Source: Klebsormidium nitens
Taxonomy: Eukaryota > Plantae > Klebsormidiophyceae
Direction of reading: 5' to 3'
Assembly (NCBI GenBank): GCA_000708835.1
Contig: DF237401.1
Coordinates: 12,166 to 76,165 of the forward strand
DNA: 64,000 nt
Part shown: piece by piece, positions 12,801 to 23,212 of the stretch
Position numbering within the stretch: position 1 is the stretch's first letter
Layout of the letters: every line of letters starts with the position of its first letter
The notes under the pieces: model-generated
The model's database searches: none
Seen by the model: the letters and a program-made list of their open reading frames with translations, nothing else
Told to the model about the DNA's origin: nothing
Translations under genes and position numbers: made by a program

Positions 12801-14246
12801 ACCTCAGCTGTGCCCTCAACATAGCCAGCCGTGTATCCTGCGCCCTCCACTACTTTATCAGCGGCCCGGTCCAGCTTAGCCCCCAGCCCCCTCCCCGCTT
12901 CTTTGGCTTCCTGCGCAGTCCCGCTGACCACCCCTTTTGCGGCCCCCACACCCTCTGCTATCTTGTCCGTCCCCTCGTCCGCTTTCCTGCCCAGCCACCA
13001 GACTGGCTTGGCTGCGGTCCTCTTTGCTTCCTCCGCCTTTCTTGTGGCCGCTTCCCTCGTCCTCTCTGCATCCTCCTCCAAATCTTCAGCAGTCTCCTCG
13101 ACCCTTCCCTTCAATTTCTGTCCTTTCTCGCCCACTTTATCCTTCACCTCCCCCAGCTTCTCTTTACTCCTCTCCGCCGCGCCCTTCACCTTCTGTGCCC
13201 CCCGCTGCGCAGCCTCTTGTGCCTGCTCCGCTTTCTCTGCGGCGGCTCGCTTGGCATCGTCCGCCTTCTCCGCTGCCGTCTGCTCCGCAGCATGAATGTT
13301 GGACCACATCTTCTGGGCGGTCTCCTCCGCCGCCCGGTCTGCTTTCTCTCTCTTCTCCCACCACTTGCCCTTCACTTCCTGCTTGGCATGCTGGCTCTGC
13401 TCTTCCACCGTCTCCTCCGCGCGCCGCGCCTTTTCCTTGACGCCTTCCTTGATCTGCCAGGCCTTGTCCCTCACCGTGTCAATCGTGCCGCTCGCCCGCT
13501 CTGCTACAGCATTGGCCCCTCTTTCAGTCCCGCGCTTGAGCCTGCTGCCTGTATCGGACGCCTTCTCAGCAACTGCGCACATGCACCAAAGACCCGCACT
13601 AATCAGGCACCATCAGAGGGGCATATACAGAAAGGAACTGCAGTGGCGCTAGGCCTGCAAGTCCCATGATGGAAGGGTGCCGTGGCTGGGACATCAGCGT
13701 GTATGGCAGGTCAGCATTTTAAAACAGTGTTTGAAGCAGCTACAGACTTTCGACAGGTCTAAAAACAGTATCAGAGTGGTTAACAATGCAAGCAAGGGCA
13801 CTTATCATGACTTCCTGCCCTCAGCTTTCCTTCATGCACAATCAGTCAGTCGAATTCAAAAACGCCATGACCAAGATACCCCTGCACCGAAGACCAACTG
13901 TAGAAAGTCCTGAACAGCCAGTGCTTGTCGTCCACCCTCAGCATTGCCTTTTCACGTCTCTGCTGACTCTTCCAAGTGCGCGTTGTGCCCCACCTTCGTC
14001 CGCATGCTGCTCCCCCCTCTGCCTGCCGCGCTCTGCCGCACCGCCTGCCTTTCCCTTGAGGTGCTCCAGCTGCTCCTTGACGCCCCGTGCCTGCTCGTCT
14101 GCCTTCTCCTTGACGTGCCCTGCCTCGTGCTGCAGCGCTCCCTGCACTTCTTCCCGCGTCTCCTGCAGCTCCTCCCACGCGCGCTGTCCGTTGCGCTCCG
14201 CCTGCTCGTGCTGGCCCGACCCGCGGCCGATCCCAAAGAGCCCCAT
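9859..14246 (-). CDS. LEA-like repeat region fused to a mitochondrial-carrier-family (Brittle1/BT1-like adenine nucleotide) transporter, ~686 aa
   Basis: Exons (-): 14246-13994, 13572-12803, 12521-12374, 12132-11939, 11542-11354, 10887-10705, 10549-10460, 10092-9859. All introns are GT-AG and phases match (2061 nt). An in-frame stop at 14250-14252 lies upstream of the ATG. Three carrier signatures PLEVVRTK, PFETLKDR and PLEVARKQ, plus GLPALYRG and GVAGLYKG. The N-terminal ~370 aa is A/E/K/R-rich with 11-mer periodicity. Confidence 0.88.
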
Positions 14247-14873
14247 CGTTCAGGAGCTGGTGGCCTCGGCTTCTGCAGGCCTCGAACGCAGCTGGGCTCC
14301 GCTTTCGATCAGCGCCAACTGGGATGGCGATGACTGGGCCAGTCTGTCAGCGGTGCTTACGAACAGCTCGACAGCTAGCGCAAAGGCAGAACGAGCATGA
14401 CCAGCTGGGGGTTGACGCCCAGGGTGGCAGCCAAAGCAGCCATAGCAGAGCAGCTGGCAGCTAGAGCTACCTGGCTCCGAACTGGAGGCCGACGCGATCA
14501 TGCATGCATAATGCGCCTTCACCACGTCTTGACAAGTGGCAGTCTGACTTGGTCAGCCGAAAACATGCTGACGTGTCAACCGCTGACATGCTGGTAAAGT
14601 TGCAACTTGGCAACTTGCAACACTCAGGAGTCGGGTGCGTTCAGCCGGCGCAAAATGGCGGTTGTCCGCCTGCGCCGGCGCAATTACGTGATGGCATGCT
14701 CTTCCTCGAGCCAGCTCACAAAAATTGTAGCGCATGTGTAAACTTCTGATTTCTAGGGTTGCAAGTAGTGACCACTCTCCACTTCTAATGCTAGTCGAAG
14801 TGGGCCATTATACTCTTGAGTATGCATTGAAGCGTCCTGACACTATTTGCGCTGCAACTTTCTTGTTTGAACA
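14247..14873. promoter_or_regulatory. Short divergent intergenic region between the carrier and BCKDH start codons (candidate bidirectional promoter)
   Basis: 627 bp between the ATG at 14246 (-) and the ATG at 14874 (+). No TSS data; inferred from geometry only. Confidence 0.5.
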
Positions 14874-17800
14874 ATGGCTGCAAGCTGGTGTGTTCCCCTC
14901 GCCGGCGGTGGCCGCTGCTTGTCTGCTGGCAGGTGGCTGGAGCTGTGCAGATGGGCCCGCTGCTTCTCCTCTGCCCCGTGCAGCAGTCAGTCAAGGACGA
15001 TTCTGAAGAGTATTCATGTAGCTTTGGAAACAGATGCAGCTTCTGCTGTGGATGTCGGTGGTCCGAAGTGCTCACAAGAGGCTGCAACTGGGTTGCATTC
15101 GAGTTGTCCTCAGGGGTTTGTGTCTAGTCAGGCAGGCAGGTGGTGGTCCTCCCGGCAGATGAGCAGCCATGCCACAGCAGCTACTGGCAAGGAGGGGCAC
15201 GGCGCTGGGGTGAGCAAGCACAGCAAATTGGGCACCAATTGGTGCAGTTGTCAAGACAGAAAGTGTATCAGACGAAAGGATCAAAGCGCTTTGTTTCAGA
15301 AAGGTCTACACTTCATTTCGAAGTCAATCCTGCAATTGTGCCCCTTCAGTTGAGAGCTTGCTCTGGAGATGTATCTTTTTTCGAAGGTGGCTGGTTCAAG
15401 ATTCACATTTTTGTCTCCGAGCCGCAGCTGACATCTTGATTGGCGTCTGCCTTTCGAAAGACGCAGCCATTTTGAACCAACAGATGCCACCATTCACCTT
15501 GTTTAGTGCCTCTTTGTTTCCCTTCGTTTCCAGGTCCTAGACTTCCCGGGTGCACGATTTTCTTTTGTGAACGAGCTGCACGTGGTGCCGGAATCGACGC
15601 CTACCCCCATCCCTTGCTATCGGGTGCTGGACGAGCTGGGCCAGCTCATCCCCGGGGCAAAGTACACCCAGGTCAGCTCGGGGGCGCTCTTGCCTCTCAC
15701 CAGCACGGCAGGACCTTGGACCTCCTTTGAGGCCCCTAGCTGGAGTGATGCTGTCTTGTCATTTGCCCATCGCCCAGTCCAAGTGCTTCAAGTGGACTTC
15801 TGACATATAAGTTGGCCTTCTCTCAAACGGTGCGCACCGCGCGCCAGTGCATGGTCTCCAGAAAGCTAGGTGGTTCAGTGGTCTGACTATGCCCGCTCGG
15901 TGTTGGCTGCCAGGTGTCGGAGGAGCTGGCGGTGGCCATGTACCGCAAGATGGCGGTGCTCCAGTCCATGGACCTCGTCTTCTATGACGCGCAGCGCCAG
16001 GGCCGCTTCAGCTTCTACATGACCACCGCTGGCGAAGAGGCCATCAACATTGCGTCTGGGGCTGCCCTCTCTGACCTGGACACCATCTTTGCGCAGGTGG
16101 GACCACTTCTGGTCCAGGAGCTTGGCGAACCTTCATTACCTTTGAGTTGAGAAGTTTGTTCTGTAGTTTTGGATCGTCCCAAGACGATCGAAGCCGCATC
16201 TCAGGTCGGTTTTACTCGCTGCAATCGGCACGAGCTCCGGTTGAAGCCCCAGTTTCACTTTGTGGCCGCAGTATCGCGAGCCTGGCGTGCTGCTGTGGCG
16301 CGGCTTCTCCATGCTCCAGTTTGCCCACCAGTGCTTTGCCACCTCAGGGGACCTGGGCAAGGGCCGCCAGATGCCCGTCCACTACGGCTCCAAGGAGCAC
16401 CGCTTTCACACCATCTCCTCCCCGCTCGCGTGAGTCGCTCTCACTTTCTGGTCGGTGGGGGGTAACCTCATGTGCCGACTTGTAGCTGTGTAAAGACCCG
16501 GCTCATCTTAAGATTTTCAAATGGATAAGCAAGCTTTTCGGAAGCTCTCAAAGCGTCTGCAAAACAGGTCAGACACGGCCTGCTTAGCGGAACGATCTGA
16601 AACAAGGTCTTGGTTTCTCTTAATCCTGTTTATGTGGAATATTTATAACCGTCTTAGATGCCTTTCAATGTGACCGTCTGCGCTGAGTGCTTTTGTTGGG
16701 TGCTCGCCGAAGCCCACATCCTCCAAACACGTAGTTTGCCTTTTTCGGCAAAACTGAACATCGCCTTCTTGCTCAGGACTCAAATCCCGCATGCTGTTGG
16801 CGCCGCATACCACGTCAAAATGTCCCCCGAGGATGCGTGCGTGGTGACGTACTTTGGGGAGGGCGCTGCCAGTGAAGGCGACTTCCATGGCGCCATCAAC
16901 TTTGCGGCCACCCTCGAGGTGCCCGTCATCTTTGTCTGCCGCAACAATGGCTGGGCCATCAGCACGCCCGCACGCGAGCAGTATCGAGGTGAGGGGACTG
17001 CTTCCATCGTCGAAGAATAGCGCCCGAGAGATGCAGCTGCCCCGATGATGCGTGCACTGACCTGGCTTTGCTGGAAGGGCGGGCTGCAGCTCTGCCTAGA
17101 GCATGAGAGGTTCATCCATCAACAATAGAGGGTTGAAGAAGGTGGAATCCAATTGTCACAGCTGAATGCAGCAGGTCATGCTTCGCCGCGGTCCCAGTAC
17201 AGTACGGTCCCTTTCCTCAAGTAGACTTGCGTAACTTATATCACCATGAGCGGACCGGAGGCTCTCGGCTTATTGAAACTTGCAAAGTTCATGGGGTGCT
17301 CAGGTTGACAGCCCTCCTCCCAACAACTGCAGGGGACGGTATCGCGGGGCGGGGCCAGGCATACGGCGTCCGGTCACTTCGCGTTGACGGCAACGACACG
17401 TTGGCCATGTACAGTGCGATGAAGGCCGCCCGAGAGATGGCGGTCACCGAGGAGCGGCCCATCCTGCTCGAGGTGCGGTTCGCCGCAGCTGGTCAACGCT
17501 CTCAGCCTGCTACAGTCCTCTGGTCTGTTTTCGAGCACAAAAAAAAGTATGTCGAAATGAATGATCACAGTCTTATCCATCCCGATTCTGACCAGTATCA
17601 GGGGGCTTTCGGCTGACGAAGTCGATTGATAACGACCGAGGAAAAGCAGCCAGCCCTTTGCATCAGCTTCTCAGTCGTGTCTGATGACAACTCCTGACGA
17701 GGTGTCAATTCCTCCGACTTCGGGCTGTCTCCGGTTGGCTGAAGTGCGAGGCCCAAGCCGTCGAAGTTGACTGGCCCTCGCAGACGACGTTGCACTTCTC

Positions 17801-18446
17801 GCTGCAGGCCATGACTTACCGGACGGGCCACCACAGCACGTCGGACGACTCGTCGCGGTACCGCGGGGCGGCGGAGATCCAGCACTGGAAGCTGCAGCGG
17901 GACCCCGTGGCGCGATTCCGGCGGTGGCTGCAGGGGCAGGGCTGGTGGGACGACGCCCGCGAGGAGGAGCTCAGGAAGAGCGCGCGAGCGGAGGTGGGGC
18001 GCGCCAACTTGAACAGCCCAGCGGCTTAGCGCTGTGGGCTGGAAGGGTTCGTCGTTGAATTTCAGGAACGAGGGGGTCCGGGGAAGAATGCAGACTGCAA
18101 CAGGCGTGCTAGCATGGCGTCGACCTTTTCGCAAGAGTCTATCTTCTTTGACGAGGTGGCTGCACGCCCCAACCTGTTCAAGCCGATCATTGTAGATGCG
18201 ACGGTCACCACTTACGTCCTTGCGTAAGATTGGCAACGCGAGATACACATCTAAGCTGTCCGAGTATCTGTGTAGGTGATTGCGGCCTTGGACACGGCGG
18301 AGGCTACTGACAAGGCGCCCCTGCGTGACCTGTTCACGGACGTGTACGATGCGGCCCCGCCCAACCTGGTGGAACAGGAGCGGCAAGTCCGAGCCCACGT
18401 GGCAAAGCACAGGGCCGACTATCCGGACAATGTGCCACTCGACTGA
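14874..18446 (+). CDS. BCKDHA: Branched-chain 2-oxoacid dehydrogenase E1 alpha subunit, mitochondrial, ~507 aa
   Basis: Exons: 14874-15209, 15534-15671, 15914-16096, 16272-16429, 16777-16988, 17333-17472, 17808-17993, 18276-18446 (1524 nt). Motifs: [43 protein letters not shown], ThDP motif [11 protein letters not shown]...[33 protein letters not shown]. The N-terminus is R/S/A-rich and presequence-like. Confidence 0.96.
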
Positions 18447-19518
18447 CCGCTCAGGCTCGGGACAGGTATGTACATAGAGCTAGAGACCCTGCGGGAAGGT
18501 AGCGACCAGCAACCGGAGTTCGTGCGTAGTACACAAGTGCGTTGAGTAGCATGGGAATGCGTAAGGGCAGACAAGCTAGAGCAACGAGTATAATCGACCG
18601 TCACTGACATCCTATTGCAGGAGATTGGTCAACATGAGCGTGCAATGATCATGTTAGGAAGCTGCAAGCACGGGTAGCAGCTCGATGGTCGGGGCTTGGA
18701 CAAAAAATGCCATTGCAGTCAGACATACGTTTCAACTTTAGTGCCGCGCCACAGTCTCTAGAATCCGGCCGCTAGCATGGCACAACCTAGTACGTCCCAT
18801 GCTTTGCAATGCAGTATAGCAGATGAGTGCCTCGAGATGTTCAGTATTTGTGTAACGCTGCAACGCTGCAATATGCATGTTCAATATTGCTGACATGTTT
18901 CTGAAGAACAAATTCCTGATTGGACATATGTACGCGGGCGCTCCTATGAATCAGCTCTGCGGCTGACAATATTAATGGCCGGGTTGTTTGATAGAGCTCA
19001 CGCAGCATGTACCGCCGTGCATCAAAAGTCGTTTAGATGGACTTGACTTTTGCCCGGGTGCATCATGGAACAGGCTGTCGTTCTACTAGACTCTGCCCAG
19101 ATGCAAACAGATTCGACCAATGATTGTGAAGATGTACTGTTTCACCAAATTAAAGCTCTGTGATTGGCATGCTGTGAAGCATGTGCGCGCGTGCAAGCCA
19201 GTCTGACCACGACTATGTCGAACCGCAACTTAGGTAGGATTAGATGACGCTAAAGCTGGACCAGAATAACCTTTGATATGCGGCCATCGTGCAGTATTTA
19301 CAGGGTTTAAAAGGACCGAAACTACCTGGCCCAGGATCCCAATATGAACATACTATGAGGAGCTGGGCCGTGTAAGGACCAGCTATACATTCTGCTCTAC
19401 AAGCTACATCCTACAGAACTAACGCGTCCTCGTCAACGAGATTCGTCGAGGCTACTGAACTCCGAGATGTTGAGGATATGCTTACAGAGATGGTAACATC
19501 TCCACGGCGCCCACCGCT

Positions 19519-21443
19519 CTAAGCTACATGCCGGGCCTGCAAAGCCTCTGCCTCCCGCTTTCGAAGTAGGGTCGAGCTCACCTTTTCAGTGGACATGCTG
19601 TCTCCAACAAGATCAACAACGACCACCTGCAGAGGGGTCTGGGGAAGTCAGAGTAGTCCCCGCAGATCAAAAGATGCAGTAAAGCATGGTGCGAATTGTG
19701 CATTCCAAGATCCTCTCAAGATTCTCAGTTGATGCAGATCCTGTCCAACAAGCAGCACGTAGCACCTTGGGCATGTAGCTATCTTCTGTTTAGCTTCATT
19801 TGGCAAGGTGGTACAATAAGAGACATTGCAAAGCAATCAATCCGTTTAAGATGAACATCCAATGGATTCCACCTGACAAAGCCGAAATGACGGACGTAGA
19901 AACGGCTCACATGCAATGTCGAAAGGCCCTTTTCAGCTCGCTTCTGATTGACTGCGTGCCCTCCTTTCTCAGTCTCTTTACTGCAAAGGCAGGGGCAAAG
20001 AATGAGTCTTCTGCAGTCTACTGCCCAAAGAAGGGCGCCTCGCTGGCTTTGACTACCCGGACAATATCCTCAGAAGTTGCAGTTGAGGAGGAAGAATGGT
20101 CATACTGTATGTGCTCCTGTCGGCGAATCCGTAGATGGAGATCTACAAAGCGAGATGGAATCCTACAGAGCCAGGTCCAAGACTCCTCCGCAGACTACAT
20201 GGTTACATCCTTCCTCACCTGACCACAATGGCCCCAAGTCCTTCGTCAACGATAGAAGGCCCATAAGGATCCACCAGTGGTTCTGTTTGCACCAAAAGGC
20301 TGCTCTTTATCGACTGTGCTGCAATAAACGAGAGCTTGAACTTCTGTTTGGCCTCTTGGACCACGTTTACAGAGGATTTTTGCACCCTTCCCACCACCTT
20401 AGGCTTTCGATGTTTCTCACACATGTTCCTTCGGTTTGATAGTAATCTACTTTAGCGAGAATGTCACTCGTTTGGGGCAACATGCAGTTGCGATGGAGGC
20501 TGTGAAGGCAAGGAGATGAAAACATGACCGGGCATGGAGACTGGAAGCACGTGCCTTGATGTATCTTTCAACGCTTTGTCGGCGTGTTTCCAAGGGCTCA
20601 ATCAACTTGGCATACTGCAAGAACGTCGGTCGTGTCAGTGGCAAGTTCCTCCCCCGGGGGGCATTCGACGGTATTCTCCGAGGCCTAGTGTCTGCACTGG
20701 CTGGCTCCGAGCTAATCTGGGAAGAATGGTTGCTGAGCAACAACACAACACGCTCGTTTAACTTGGGCCAAAAGAATCATAAGCAAGGGCAATGAAACAA
20801 GAAAGACTGTCTGGTCCTCACCTCTTTATTCTCCAAGAGAGGCCCTGTACTGACACCCACAACGACGCGCTCTGTTGCAACGTTGGCAGCAGCCTGTCAA
20901 CAGCAAGAACACTAGGGCTGAACGAATTGAACGAACTCTGTTTGAAATTTGAGCTAGTGTAAATAAGCACTGCATTTCAACGATGCTTTGCGGCAACCTT
21001 GTGGACCAAAAGAACATCAGAAGCTTTTCTTGTGGGCAGGTGCGCGTACAAGTGAAAAGATCAACTCTTAGATCATCCAACTGCTTTAACATTAGCCAAA
21101 AAGCAGGTTTATGAACGGAGCAAGGCGCACCTTAAGAGCAGAGGGTCTGCCTTGAAAGTTTCGCGATGCCATACCTTGAGAAGAGCTCGATGACCATCGT
21201 GCAGATGATCAAAAGTACCTCCCAGCACAACAGCTCGAAAAGTGTTTGTTTCTCCAGAATCGAGGTTGGAATCCACCATGACGATGCTGAACGTCGCTGC
21301 AGCAAATCAAGAGGACGGCGAACCACCACCACGGCATGCAAACTCCTCTGGATCAGTGGATGCCTACCTTGCTCAGGCTGCACTCTCGAGTCCAATGCCG
21401 TATAGCATCGCATGCGTCTCCCCTGCCAGCCCTGGATGGACAT
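19519..21443 (-). CDS. COAD: Phosphopantetheine adenylyltransferase (CoA biosynthesis), ~200 aa; start uncertain
   Basis: Exons (-): 21443-21368, 21296-21175, 20893-20822, 20614-20555, 20313-20219, 19980-19911, 19626-19519 (603 nt). Motifs: [20 protein letters not shown] (HxGH), [67 protein letters not shown]. Intron 20554-20314 is GC-AG. An alternative ATG lies at 21279 (MVDSNL). Confidence 0.92.
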
Positions 21444-23212
21444 TGGACTCCCGACCAACCTTTCGAGACCCAGCCCTTCTGTGAAAATGAACAGCGCTCT
21501 CTTTTAGACGGTCCGAATTGCCCGATGGGTTGAGACTGGACATATCTGGCCGTCCCTCTTGGGCAACGAAAATGATTCAACGGGGGTCCTAAGTTTGTGG
21601 GAGTCTGCCGGCCCGGGGTTCCGTCGGTACCTGCAAACGTACCGCTTCATACTGTACGGTAGTCCAAGGCTGACTTTGAAATTCCGCCCTTCGAGCTTGC
21701 ATTATTTAGGGTTCCGAAAGTCGGGGCCTGCATAGGTACCGGTACTACATAGGTACCTAGGTACATTATAGCCCAGTGCCACTTGCATAAAAACCAACTG
21801 TACAGGCTGCGGCGGCGCTGGCCTGAAGAAACACACAGCTGTTTCCTGTTGCTGTACAGAAGAGCTCACCGTTGAGTCACGGAATTACGTACGGCTTCTC
21901 CATTCCTGCCGCGAACCGTTTATTGGCGGGCTCGCTCATCAATGCAACCGCCTACCAACTTTTGCCAACTGTCCACATTGCTGCCAGAGATGCTGTAGGT
22001 ATCACCTGCTGGCGTCAGGCTTGGCGCCACCATGGCCGTGGCTTGAGCGGCCGTTCGCTCCCCCTCTAGCTCCTCTTGGTTCGATCAACATGGTGGTGTC
22101 CTTGGCGGACAGGGGAGAGTGCAAAGATCAGCTGCCTGAGCCGCTGCACATTGCTCCCCTTTGACAACTCTCGACCCCATCTGAGGTAAGCTGCACCCTC
22201 ACGAAGTCTGCGGGATGCCCCCCTCGTCTCAGTATCATATTCGTATTCCTCTCTAGTGTCAGTGGTGTTGGGCTCGAAATTGTTCCACCAATCTGGAAAA
22301 CTTGGGTTTTGATTTCTGGCGCTTCCGGTCAGCGTGTCTTATGGGCAAGGTTCTCAATTACGTAGCGCAGAACCACTTGGTTAAGGTCTTTCTGAGTGTT
22401 GAAAATGCAGACCTTTAACCAATGGCGCATTCTGTCTGATAAGAGTTTGCGGTCAGTAAACAGCTGAATATTCCCCTATTCCATGACTGGTCATATCTGC
22501 AAAATTGAAATCTGTCTGGCCAAGCCGGAGTCTTCTAGACTCTAGTAAAAAGTATTGGACCAAAATGCAGTAGATCTTCTCATTTCCTTCAAAATGTGGA
22601 CTTTAGATCATAGTCAAGATCCATTCACATACCAACTGTCAATCCAAGCAGCTTTGACCTGCATGACCACTGTTTTCTGTTGAGTCTGACCAAACATTGT
22701 TGACAACAGCCATACTTTCGTGCAAAGTATGGATTTGGGCATGGTGGTTAGAATTGTGCAACTCTCGTCCAGGTGATGATGTTGCAGGAAGATGTTCTGC
22801 CACATCCTTGGTGAGGACACCAAGGATATCACCTTGGCTTCGCAATAGGCTTTCTCTAGGTCCCAGTATCTGGTCCAAAGTGGCATGAATTGGTTGCTCG
22901 CCTTTGAGCCACTTTTGCCTTTCTGTTGTCACCAGCCAGATGGAATTGGGTATCTTTGGCATCGAAAATGTTACAAAACCCAGTGTCCACGCCGTTAACA
23001 TGCGTTGCACTAGGTTGCAAGTATATAGATCCATCTCCTAGTTGTTCTGAGACCTTATTCACAGCCCCTGTCTTTTGTGCAGGTCTCAAGGTGGTCCCTC
23101 CTGGTCATTTGCATCATGCAGGGTGCTTTCAAGCCACTCTGGCTTGAAAATCGGACCGCGGTACCGAACCGGTAATCCCTGCGGCCAGCTCCAAAACTGG
23201 CGCTCCTAGAGG

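Noticed and set aside
12755-13669. Long plus-strand ORFs overlapping the LEA exon (likewise 47705-48619 and 26196-27020 opposite other exons)
   Set aside because: These are antisense shadows of GC-rich, low-complexity coding exons.
16854-16880. BCKDH ThDP motif reading GEG instead of GDG as a possible loss of function
   Set aside because: [10 protein letters not shown] is the normal motif in many BCKDH E1-alpha proteins.
22560-23050. Short ORFs on both strands upstream of the orphan ATG
   Set aside because: No recognisable motifs; the region most likely lies in a 5'-UTR intron (donor near 22186, acceptor near 23082).
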